Shown in pieces: positions 36,080 through 44,685 of a stretch of DNA of 64,000 nucleotides. Each line of letters opens with the position of its first letter. Positions within the stretch are counted from its first letter, which is position 1. Made by a program: the position numbers and the translations under genes. Under the pieces are notes generated by a model. That model saw nothing but the letters and a program-made list of their open reading frames with translations, made no database searches and was not told the DNA's origin. Source of the DNA: Bacteroidaceae bacterium (lineage in GTDB: Bacteria > Bacteroidota > Bacteroidia > Bacteroidales > Barnesiellaceae_A); contig JAGBHF010000090.1 in NCBI GenBank assembly GCA_017935645.1, positions 3,387 through 67,386 on the forward strand. Direction: 5' to 3'.

Positions 36080-36550
36080 ATGACAAAAAAATTACTTTTG
36101 TTGTGTGCTGTAGTAATGATGTGCGTAGGTCGCATTGCAGCACAAAATGAATGGCACGTTGTAGCAGATAATCAGTATTATGTGCCTGTAAGCGAGGTTG
36201 CTTATATGTTGTTCACTGATGACTCTGAAGAGTTTGCTATTGTAAAGACCGATGGTGAAATGATGGTAGGCGTAAGCGAAGTAACATTCAGCCAATCAGT
36301 TCCCGAGTCAGTAGAGGGTGTAGATGCCGAGCGTCTGGCTGTAACACTCTTCCCCAACCCCGTAACATCTGAGCTCCGCTTGCAAGGTCTCCTTGAGAAT
36401 GCACAAGCTCGTGTACTCAGCCTCGATGGCGCTTTGCTTATCGAAGCTACTCTTACTCCCAACAATGGTCGCATCGACGTATCGGCTCTTGCTGCCGGTG
36501 TATATTTGTTGCAAGTAAACGAAACTACCGTTAAATTCCTCAAAAAATAA
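36080..36550 (+). CDS. Small secreted protein with a T9SS C-terminal sorting domain
   Basis: Signal peptide MTKKLLLLCAVVMMCVGRIAAQ. The C-terminal LFPNPVTSELRL...LDGALL...IDVSALAAGVYLLQV matches the type-A CTD. ATG 36080 chosen within track ORF 35978... Confidence 0.7.
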   Translation: MTKKLLLLCAVVMMCVGRIAAQNEWHVVADNQYYVPVSEVAYMLFTDDSEEFAIVKTDGEMMVGVSEVTFSQSVPESVEGVDAERLAVTLFPNPVTSELRLQGLLENAQARVLSLDGALLIEATLTPNNGRIDVSALAAGVYLLQVNETTVKFLKK

Positions 36551-36556
36551 TCCATC

Positions 36557-38404
36557 ATGAAAAGAATATTCACATTATTGACAATAGCTTTGGGCTTGAT
36601 GTTGCCCATGCAAGCACAATATGCACCTATCAGCAATATTGTTAAAGCTAAAAAGAGTATCGAGCACAAGATGATGCGCAAAGCTCCTGCTGCTGACATC
36701 ACTGTTGATGACATTGTAGGTATCTATGAGGCATCGGCCAAGAGTGGATTCGAAGGTAAACCCGATGAAGCATGGACTGTTTCTATTACAGCAGACGAAG
36801 CTGATGCAAGCAAAGTATGGATTCAACCCGTATGTCTCTTTTCAGGCCTTGATGCCGAGTACATTAACCCCGTATATGCAACATTGAATGGTAATGGAAC
36901 ACTCGCAATGCCTTTGGGACAAATATTGTATGAAGAGGGTGCCGAATACCAATTTATTATCGGTAGTTCGGCCGATGGCAGAACTATCGACACAGAAGGT
37001 GAGATAACAATGTCGGTCGTTAAAGACGAAAAAGGTGTTGTAATTTCATTTGCTGAGGAAACATTCTTCGGTGTTGGTAACGCAATTGGTAACGAATGGT
37101 GGTATCAAGCCATTTACAACGTTACTTACGCTAAAGAAAACCCCATTCCCTTCGTATACATCTATGAGAAGGGCGGAGAGTCACCTATCCGTGTAAAAGC
37201 ATCACAACTCTACTTCAACGAGGTTGAAGGTGAGATGTGTGTAACTAATACTCTCAATTATACCAATGATGCTATCAGCGGTACTTATGCAGCATATGCA
37301 CATAGCGCATTCGAAGGTTATCCCGACGAAGAGTGGACAGTTACTATCACTCGCGATGAGGCAGACAACAGCAAAGTGTGGATACAACCCATTTGTATGT
37401 TTGGCGGTCTTGGTGCCGAAGATATCAACCCCGTTTACGCTACTTATGATGAGGCAAAAGGCACACTCACTATGCCTTTGGGTCAATCTCTCTATGAAGG
37501 TCAAGGCGTTAATATGATTACCGGTACTTCGGTTGATGGCTCAACAGTTGATACAAAAGGTAATGTTGTTATGGAAATTGCCGACGACGTAATTTCATTT
37601 GCTAACGAATACATCTTCGGTGTTGGTGATGGTCTTGCCAACGAATGGTGGTATCAAGCTATTATCGAGGTTACACTTACCAAAGAGGCTACATTTGCAA
37701 TGCCCATTGCCAATATAGAGAGAATCACAAGAGAGAAAGCTGATACTCCTGCAGGCGACTTCACTTTCTTTAATCCCGGTGCTTATGTATGGAACTTTAA
37801 TGTTCCTGTATCTGAAACTGAAACTCAACCTTTCTCTACAAAATGCAATCTTGTAGCAGAAGGTACATTTGATCTCTCGGAAATTTACGGTTCAGAAGCA
37901 AGTGGTATAACCGGTATAGACTGGAGCATGTCGGGCTTCATGGCCGATGCCGGATTGTTGAATGTTGCAAATGACAACGTGGGTGCTGTAAGCTATACCA
38001 TGGAAGATGAGGATGTTTTATATGAAATTCTCTCGTTTGTAGATAAAGACGCCGATAGCGAGTACCTCTATAGTGGTATTGGTACTACTACCATGGAAGA
38101 TGAAGCAGGAAATGAATTTGAAGTAGAACTCTTGCTGGGTGATTTGTCAGAGAATAGTATCTATATGCTTGAGTTTGTTGCACTCTCTGATACCGAAATA
38201 GAGTGTGACGCCACACAAGCTGTATTTTGGTTCATTTATGAAGGTAATGCTTATCTCTTCACATACTTGTATGACGTAACTCTTGAGCCTGCAGACAATG
38301 GTGCTGCTGCTCCCAAGCGTATTAAAGCTGCTATGGGTGAGATACCTACTTCAATAGAGCAATGTGCTCCTTTGAAAATTGGCGAAATCTCACTTCGCAA
38401 ATAA
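36557..38404 (+). CDS. Secreted protein with two tandem NEWWYQAI domains and a ~240-aa C-terminal region with no recognisable motifs
   Basis: Signal peptide MKRIFTLLTIALGLMLPMQAQ. The domains at about 36703-37138 and 37268-37686 are similar to each other and to the C-terminus of the 13137..14408 lipoprotein. It starts 6 nt after the preceding gene. Confidence 0.7.
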   Translation: MKRIFTLLTIALGLMLPMQAQYAPISNIVKAKKSIEHKMMRKAPAADITVDDIVGIYEASAKSGFEGKPDEAWTVSITADEADASKVWIQPVCLFSGLDAEYINPVYATLNGNGTLAMPLGQILYEEGAEYQFIIGSSADGRTIDTEGEITMSVVKDEKGVVISFAEETFFGVGNAIGNEWWYQAIYNVTYAKENPIPFVYIYEKGGESPIRVKASQLYFNEVEGEMCVTNTLNYTNDAISGTYAAYAHSAFEGYPDEEWTVTITRDEADNSKVWIQPICMFGGLGAEDINPVYATYDEAKGTLTMPLGQSLYEGQGVNMITGTSVDGSTVDTKGNVVMEIADDVISFANEYIFGVGDGLANEWWYQAIIEVTLTKEATFAMPIANIERITREKADTPAGDFTFFNPGAYVWNFNVPVSETETQPFSTKCNLVAEGTFDLSEIYGSEASGITGIDWSMSGFMADAGLLNVANDNVGAVSYTMEDEDVLYEILSFVDKDADSEYLYSGIGTTTMEDEAGNEFEVELLLGDLSENSIYMLEFVALSDTEIECDATQAVFWFIYEGNAYLFTYLYDVTLEPADNGAAAPKRIKAAMGEIPTSIEQCAPLKIGEISLRK

Positions 38405-38428
38405 TATAAGATTATTGTGATATAGAGT

Positions 38429-38462
38429 GGAGGTTGCATCGCGCGATGCAACCTCCTTTATT
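38429..38462. terminator. Bidirectional terminator hairpin between the secreted-protein gene and queG
   Basis: Perfect 14-bp palindrome arms GGAGGTTGCATCGC/GCGATGCAACCTCC followed by TTTATT. Confidence 0.65.
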
Positions 38463-38479
38463 ATATATAGATGTGTATA

Positions 38480-39424
38480 CTATTCAAACAACTTGGGGTC
38501 TAACGCCTCGACATTGCGCATGAGACCTTGATACTTGGCTCGCTTTACTGCCGAGCGGGCAAAGATGCGACTGAAATCGTCCTGTGTGAGTCGACACAGA
38601 CGTTGATAGGTGAGGGTTGAAAACTCTTCATTGGGCTTGAACGATTCTACGGTCGTGGGGGTGGCTTGGCTGTTATGCGGGCACACTTCTTGACAAGTAT
38701 CACATCCATATACCCTACGCCCCATGCGTTGTGCCACTTCGGCAGGTATTACGCCACGATTCTCTATCGTTTGACACGATATACAACGACGGGCGTCGAT
38801 ACTCCTATCCTCGGATATTGCACCTACAGGACAGGCATCGATACACTTACGACAACTACCACATTGCGACAATAGGGGTTGTGAGGCAGGAAGTTCAAGG
38901 GTCGTGAGTACCTCACCCAAGAAGAAATAACTACCATGGTCGGGAATTATCAGCTGACTGTTGCGCCCTATAAAGCCGACTCCGGCTTGTACTGCCCAAT
39001 AACGCTCGAAAATGGGAGCTGTGTCGCAACAACATCGACAATCGCAACATTGCAACGATTGTATATACTGTACCAGCTCACCCATCATTCGGCGCATAAC
39101 GTCATGATAATCCTCTCCATAAGCATACCGGGCAAAGCGAGGATTAGCGGCAGGCATACTCTCGGCCGGATAATAATTGAGAGCCAACGATATAACCGTA
39201 CGTGCACCGGGTAACAGCTCTTGCGGATTGCGACGCAACGCAGCATGCCGCTCCATGTAGCTCATCGAGGCATGCTTGCCGGCGGCTATCCACTCCTGCC
39301 AATGCTTATATACAGCATCGGGCACATCGCCTACCGATGCAAAGCCACATGCCGCGAAGCCTATCTCCTGTGCCTTCGCACGTATGGCATCAACGATATC
39401 AGAGTATCTCGAATTGGTATCCAT
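38480..39424 (-). CDS. queG: tRNA epoxyqueuosine(34) reductase
   Basis: The N-terminal GFAACGFA...MSYMERH pattern and two 4Fe-4S motifs (CGSCRKCIDACP, CDTCQEVCP) are typical of QueG. Confidence 0.85.
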   Translation of the reverse strand: MDTNSRYSDIVDAIRAKAQEIGFAACGFASVGDVPDAVYKHWQEWIAAGKHASMSYMERHAALRRNPQELLPGARTVISLALNYYPAESMPAANPRFARYAYGEDYHDVMRRMMGELVQYIQSLQCCDCRCCCDTAPIFERYWAVQAGVGFIGRNSQLIIPDHGSYFFLGEVLTTLELPASQPLLSQCGSCRKCIDACPVGAISEDRSIDARRCISCQTIENRGVIPAEVAQRMGRRVYGCDTCQEVCPHNSQATPTTVESFKPNEEFSTLTYQRLCRLTQDDFSRIFARSAVKRAKYQGLMRNVEALDPKLFE

Positions 39425-40007
39425 TGTCGCGTAACCACTCTATAGCTCGTGGCAGTGCATAACGCAGATTTTTTTCGGCCTTAAGAGAGTCGTGAAAAAC
39501 AATAATAGAGCCGTTGCGCGTGTATTTACGCACGTTGTCGAGCACCTGCTCTCCATTGAGATTGCGACTATAATCGCGCGTAACAACATCCCACATCACA
39601 GTCATATACTTCTCCTTGATAGCCGTAAATTGGCTGGGACGAATAAAACCATGCGGCGGACGGAACAGCGGACTCTGGATAAGGTCATGCGCCTTCTCAA
39701 TGTTACGCATATAATCGGGAGTGTTCATATTGATCCCCTTGACATGACTCATGGTGTGGTTGCCAACCTGATGTCCGGCGGCACGCAACGATGCAAACAG
39801 GTGAGGATTGCGAGCTACATTGTCGCCTGTACAGAAGAATGTGGCACGCACACCATATTGAGCCAACACCTCCAGCACCCATGGGGTAACTTGAGGTATA
39901 GGTCCATCATCGAAGGTCAGATATACCGTCTTTTCCTTTCGGGGCACACGCCATATTGCCTCCGAAAAAAACATTCGATATAAAATGGGAGGGCGCTCTA
40001 TAAACAT
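39399..40007 (-). CDS. Polysaccharide deacetylase (NodB/CE4) family protein
   Basis: TFDDGP motif 1, H..H metal motif (GNHTMSH), RPPHG motif. Overlaps queG by 26 nt. Confidence 0.8.
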   Translation of the reverse strand: MFIERPPILYRMFFSEAIWRVPRKEKTVYLTFDDGPIPQVTPWVLEVLAQYGVRATFFCTGDNVARNPHLFASLRAAGHQVGNHTMSHVKGINMNTPDYMRNIEKAHDLIQSPLFRPPHGFIRPSQFTAIKEKYMTVMWDVVTRDYSRNLNGEQVLDNVRKYTRNGSIIVFHDSLKAEKNLRYALPRAIEWLRDNGYQFEIL

Positions 40008-40022
40008 ACAATCGAAAAGTAG

Positions 40023-40060
40023 AAAAGAGGTGTGACCTCACGAGCCACACCTCTCTGTTT
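40023..40060 (-). terminator. Hairpin (GAGGTGTG-type) immediately after the DUF2723 gene
   Basis: GAGGTGTG / CACACCTC stem with T-rich flanks on both strands. Confidence 0.45.
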
Positions 40061-43000
40061 TTATAATATTCCGTTGGCTTGAGCCTCGGTAATAATCTCT
40101 TCGGCTGTGGTTTGCATGCCGTTTTCATATAGTAGTGTGAGTCCGGCTTGCATGATATATTGATGCAAATCCTTATCACCTACCGAGCGGTATTGCGAGG
40201 GTGTGAGTGTTTGATACCAACGCAAGTACTGCAAGCTACGATTGATATTGTCGACAAGCAACTCTTTGGCCTTTTCGTTCTCACCCAAGGTGATGTAGTT
40301 GTTGGCCATTTGTATCGACAAGGCTTCGTAAGGAATCAACCATGCGGGCATCTTCTCGTTGATAAAATCCAATGCCTTGAGGGCTTTTTCGTTTTGGCCT
40401 TCGACAATGAGTTGATCAATCAATTCACCAAACATGACACGTGTGGTTTGACACATGCGACGAATATTCTCATCCAGATAGATGGGATCTTCCTGGGTAG
40501 CCTCCTCAAGACCGCCCCAACGGAACTTGTTCATCATGTTGTCATACATACGCTCGGTGTCGACACCACCACAAGCCGCTGTCTTCATGGGTACTACATG
40601 ATTGGCCAAACCGGTGAGTGCAAAATACTCATCCAAGCCCAAGTAAAGGTCGTTCGATACGGTTACAGCATAGTATATTGGACGTTCCCATCCTTGTTGG
40701 ATATTGTTGTTAATCATATCCAATGCTGCAATCTCGTAGAAATAAAGACCATTCTTACCTGTAAACTTAGGCGTAATTCTGCCAACCACGTGCTCTTCAT
40801 ATCCGGCAGGCATACCGGCATTAGCCACAGCAGTGGCCGAATCGACAGGACTATAAATCTTGTCGGTGGGCAAGTAGTTCAGCTCGCCATATTGAGTCTT
40901 TTTGGTACGAGGATCCTTGCTATACAAGAAGTTGAGAGCATCGGTTGCCGACAACGAGAGATTCTCGTTAACCGGCAATAGATAGGCATAAGACATCTTG
41001 TCGTGAGCATACACATCGCGAGTAGCTGTTATGGGCAGCGGCTCAGATTCGTAGGCAGGACGCTTCATTTGGTCGGCATACCAGTCGGTTTGGAAATACG
41101 ATAGGTTGCATACACGCACATCGGTACGGAAGCCCTCTACCTCTTGTGCATACCACAAGGGGAAGGTATCATTATCACCATTGGTGAATATGATAGCATT
41201 GGGCTCGACACTCGACAGGTAGTTCATACCGAAATCACGCGCAACGTAACGACCCGAGCGGTCGTGATCGTCCCATGTTTGGCTCACCATTTGCAAGGGC
41301 ACACACAAGCACACAATCGATGCAATAACGGCAGGGATGGTGCGGTTGTTGAGACGCGCCTTCTCAAACACCCACTCCAGTGCACGAGTCACAGCAATCA
41401 CACCCAAACCAATCCAGATGGTAAAGGCATAGAACGAGCCGGCATAAGCATAGTCGCGTTCACGAGGTTGATAGGGTGTTTGATTGAGGTATATGACAAT
41501 AGCTATACCTGTCATAAAGAAGAGGAAGAACGTTACCCAGAACTGCTCAATACCATTCTTACCCGCAAAGGCCTGATACAAGAGGCCTATAATACCCAAG
41601 ATAAGGGGCAACATATAGAATACGTTGCGACCGGGATTATTGGCCATATCGTCGGGAAGGAGCGATGCATCGCCCACGCGGAACTTATCGATAAAGTTAA
41701 ATCCACTTATCCAATTGCCTTTATCCACCTCGCCATGACCTTGTATATCATTTTGACGACCGGCAAAGTTCCACAAGAAATATCGCCAATACATGTGATT
41801 GAGCTGATAATCGAAGAAGAACTGCATGTTTTGTGCAAAAGTAGGCTTCACACCGGCCGAAGCACCCGACCATTCGCGATAGGCCGAGATGTGATTCGGT
41901 TTGCTGCTGTGCATGCGGGGGAAGAACATTTGCGACTCACTCTCGTAGATGTAAGTCTCCTTCTTTCCGGTAACTACATAGTGGTCGCGCTCTTCGGGTG
42001 TAGCTTTTACAGCCTTTTGATAGATGTTTTTACCCTCTTTAATTTGAGCCTCGCCATTCACACGCTTTACTTTCGAAACGAATGTTTGGCCATACAACAA
42101 CGGTGTTTCGTCATATTGTTCACGGTTCAAGTAACTGCCAAGAGTAAAAATATCCTCGGGAGAGTTTTGGTCCATCGGGGTATTGGCAGCCGAACGTATA
42201 AGGATAAGCGCATACGATGAGTAGCCGATAAGTATCACCAAGAGACAAGCCAACACAGTATTCATCAAGCGGAACGAAACCTTCTTGAACACCATTACAG
42301 TAGCAATAATCAAGCCACACATTACCAATCCTACAAGGATATTGTCGGTAATGAAAGGCATACCCGAAAGGATGATACTGCACAAGAAAAGAATGCGTGT
42401 ACGCATGATACTCTTGCCCGAGAATGTCTCGTAGATTGACCATGCTATAACGCTCATAGTTATCAAGAAATAGATGATAACACCGGTATTATAAGGCATA
42501 CCCAACACATTGACGCACAGGAGTTCAAACCAACCTGCCACCTTCACAAATCCGGGTACGATACCAAACAACAACAGGGCTATAACGACAAACGACACCA
42601 ACAATGCAATGAGTGAACCTTTGGCACTTACGTTGTCGAACTTGCGATAGTAGTAGACCAATACAATAGCCGGTATACACAACAAGTTGAGCAAGTGCAC
42701 GGCAATAGAGACACCCATGATATAGGCAATGAGAATAAGGAAGCGGTTGGCATAAGGCTCGTCGGCTACACTCTCCCACTTGAGGATGAGCCAGAATACC
42801 ACAGCTGTACAGAATGATGAATAGGCATAAACCTCACCCTCGACAGCCGAGTACCAGAATGTATCGCTCCATGTATAAGCCAAAGCACCTACAAGACCAC
42901 TTGCCAAGATGGTAATCATGCGAGCAACAGTCATCTCCTTACCTTGCGGAACAACCAACTTCTTGGCCAAGTGTGTGATGGTCCAGAAAAGGAACAAAAT

Positions 43001-43267
43001 AGTAGCCGCACTAAGCAGTGCCGACATCAAGTTGAGCATGTAAGCAACCTGAGTGGGGTCGGATGCAAAGTTGGCAAAGAAACGACCTGTAAGCATAAAG
43101 ATAGGGTTGCCGGGAGGGTGACCCACTTCGAGCTTGTAAGCCGATGCAATAAACTCGCCACAGTCCCAAAAACTGGCTGTTGGCTCCAATGTGAGGATGT
43201 AGGTAACAGCCGCTATGGCAAACACTACCCAACCCATCACGGTGTTCAGTAAATTGTACTGTTTCAT
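40061..43267 (-). CDS. DUF2723 / GT117-like giant polytopic membrane protein (predicted glycosyltransferase C fold) with a TPR-like C-terminus
   Basis: The N-terminus TLEPTASFWDCGEFIASAYKLEVGHPPGNP is the conserved DUF2723 signature. More than 10 TM helices. 1068 aa. Confidence 0.75.
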   Translation of the reverse strand: MKQYNLLNTVMGWVVFAIAAVTYILTLEPTASFWDCGEFIASAYKLEVGHPPGNPIFMLTGRFFANFASDPTQVAYMLNLMSALLSAATILFLFWTITHLAKKLVVPQGKEMTVARMITILASGLVGALAYTWSDTFWYSAVEGEVYAYSSFCTAVVFWLILKWESVADEPYANRFLILIAYIMGVSIAVHLLNLLCIPAIVLVYYYRKFDNVSAKGSLIALLVSFVVIALLLFGIVPGFVKVAGWFELLCVNVLGMPYNTGVIIYFLITMSVIAWSIYETFSGKSIMRTRILFLCSIILSGMPFITDNILVGLVMCGLIIATVMVFKKVSFRLMNTVLACLLVILIGYSSYALILIRSAANTPMDQNSPEDIFTLGSYLNREQYDETPLLYGQTFVSKVKRVNGEAQIKEGKNIYQKAVKATPEERDHYVVTGKKETYIYESESQMFFPRMHSSKPNHISAYREWSGASAGVKPTFAQNMQFFFDYQLNHMYWRYFLWNFAGRQNDIQGHGEVDKGNWISGFNFIDKFRVGDASLLPDDMANNPGRNVFYMLPLILGIIGLLYQAFAGKNGIEQFWVTFFLFFMTGIAIVIYLNQTPYQPRERDYAYAGSFYAFTIWIGLGVIAVTRALEWVFEKARLNNRTIPAVIASIVCLCVPLQMVSQTWDDHDRSGRYVARDFGMNYLSSVEPNAIIFTNGDNDTFPLWYAQEVEGFRTDVRVCNLSYFQTDWYADQMKRPAYESEPLPITATRDVYAHDKMSYAYLLPVNENLSLSATDALNFLYSKDPRTKKTQYGELNYLPTDKIYSPVDSATAVANAGMPAGYEEHVVGRITPKFTGKNGLYFYEIAALDMINNNIQQGWERPIYYAVTVSNDLYLGLDEYFALTGLANHVVPMKTAACGGVDTERMYDNMMNKFRWGGLEEATQEDPIYLDENIRRMCQTTRVMFGELIDQLIVEGQNEKALKALDFINEKMPAWLIPYEALSIQMANNYITLGENEKAKELLVDNINRSLQYLRWYQTLTPSQYRSVGDKDLHQYIMQAGLTLLYENGMQTTAEEIITEAQANGIL

Positions 43268-43333
43268 ATAGTTCTTATCTTATTGTTTTTGCATTGATAG
43301 CCTCACGCGCACGCGCGTATTCGTAACAAGTTG

Positions 43334-43341
43334 CAAAGATA
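43334..43341 (-). promoter_or_regulatory. -7 promoter box TATCTTTG for the DUF2723 gene
   Basis: Exact TAnnTTTG match on the minus strand, 66 nt upstream of ATG 43267. It sits inside the inverted repeat ACAAGTTG...CAACTTGT (43326-43352). Confidence 0.4.
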
Positions 43342-43445
43342 GCACAACTTGTTGTCAATAAGAAAAATTTATACAGTTTTTAAGTTTAATATGCGTAGCT
43401 TTGCTAAATATTGCACCACAAATTTTGTTGTTGCGATAAACTTGC

Positions 43446-43453
43446 TAATTTTG
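43446..43453 (+). promoter_or_regulatory. -7 promoter box TAATTTTG for the CHASE2-caspase operon
   Basis: Exact TAnnTTTG match, 29 nt upstream of ATG 43483. Confidence 0.5.
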
Positions 43454-43482
43454 CAAACGATAAATATTATTTATAAAAAATA

Positions 43483-44685
43483 ATGAGCAAGGGGAAAAAC
43501 ACTGTGAACATAAGGCAAATTGCTGTTTCATGTGCACATTGCATCGTCATGACATTGCTTATAGGAGCAATCTCATGGTTGTTGATGATAGTACTGCCCA
43601 ATTGGGGAGCACTCGACCCGCTATCGCAATCGTTCGATAGATTTTCGTTTACCGACCTCTATTATTCGATTTATCGCAACAACCACGAGGCCGTTCCTAA
43701 TGATCGTATTGTTATCGTCGACACCTCCGACAAGACCCGTGGCGAGATAGCATCCACCATCGACCGGCTGATGTCGTGCGAGCCTGTTATTGTGGGACTT
43801 GATATTATCTTCGACCGCCCCACAGGCGACACCTTGGGTACTCTGCAACTGCGCGAAACCCTTGCTCGACACAACAATGACATTGTAGCAATTGCCAAAC
43901 TTACTCGTTACAACGAAGAGACAATGCAGTTTGAGGGCATTACCCCCTCGATACTTGACGATGTAGCACCACAACGCGCCTACAGCAACCTCAAGAATGT
44001 AGGTGAGGGAGGCTTTGTGCGCAACTACACCATAGCACGCAACGTCGGCGGCGACACCCTTTACTCTTTCGCATCGGCTCTGGCCTCGCATTACCGAGGA
44101 GCCTTTGGCGGAAGCACCACCCCTCGCACAACCGAGGATGGCATCATAGACTTTATGCCCCAAAGTTTCAACATTATAGATGCCGACTCATTGACGGCTC
44201 ATGTAGATGAAATAATAGGTCGCATCGTACTTGTGGGCAATATAAATAGCGAAGAAGACCGCCATTACACCCCTATAGGCGCTATAAATGGCACAATAAT
44301 ACATGCTTACACCATTGACACACTCTTGGATAAACCCACCCAAACGGTGGCAAAGGGCTGGGTGGCATTGCTCGAGATACTGGTACTATGGTGCATGGTG
44401 ATAGTATATTGGGGCATTTCGAGATTTTGCGATACACGCCATTACAAGACCCTCTTGGCTATCGTCAATTGGATATATCCCGTAGCCACAGCCCTGCTGG
44501 TAGTGTGCACAAGTGGTTGGATATTCATATCATCACACCGCTACATTTCGCCATTGGTATTAATGGCAGCCATGGCTCTACTACCCAATACAGTAGAACT
44601 GTATATGGTAATAAAAGAGACATTGCCCGAGAAAATAAAATCTTTTATTCACAAAATAAGAACTCACAAAAACCGCAAGATATGA
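43483..44685 (+). CDS. Stand-alone CHASE2 domain membrane protein (no cytoplasmic output domain)
   Basis: N-terminal TM helix. The extracytoplasmic region carries the CHASE2 core pattern (DRIVIVDTSD...EPVIVGLDIIFDRPTGD). Three C-terminal TM helices are followed by only ~25 basic residues. The stop TGA overlaps the next gene's ATG. Confidence 0.7.
   Translation: MSKGKNTVNIRQIAVSCAHCIVMTLLIGAISWLLMIVLPNWGALDPLSQSFDRFSFTDLYYSIYRNNHEAVPNDRIVIVDTSDKTRGEIASTIDRLMSCEPVIVGLDIIFDRPTGDTLGTLQLRETLARHNNDIVAIAKLTRYNEETMQFEGITPSILDDVAPQRAYSNLKNVGEGGFVRNYTIARNVGGDTLYSFASALASHYRGAFGGSTTPRTTEDGIIDFMPQSFNIIDADSLTAHVDEIIGRIVLVGNINSEEDRHYTPIGAINGTIIHAYTIDTLLDKPTQTVAKGWVALLEILVLWCMVIVYWGISRFCDTRHYKTLLAIVNWIYPVATALLVVCTSGWIFISSHRYISPLVLMAAMALLPNTVELYMVIKETLPEKIKSFIHKIRTHKNRKI

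Noticed and set aside
40148-42220. Long + strand ORFs (277 aa and 358 aa) inside the DUF2723 gene
   Set aside because: They are shadows of the 1068-aa minus-strand membrane protein, with no independent signals.
43290-43320. Alternating CG stretch CACGCGCACGCGCGTA (contains the palindrome ACGCGCGT) in the DUF2723/CHASE2 divergent region
   Set aside because: It is short and isolated. It could be an operator or simply a GC-rich spacer, and there is no second copy in the window to support a motif.
44388-44681. Upstream 98 codons of the 1170-aa track ORF
   Set aside because: This segment overlaps the C-terminal TM helices of the CHASE2 gene in another frame. The signal peptide and domain structure begin at ATG 44682, which forms an ATGA overlap with the CHASE2 stop.
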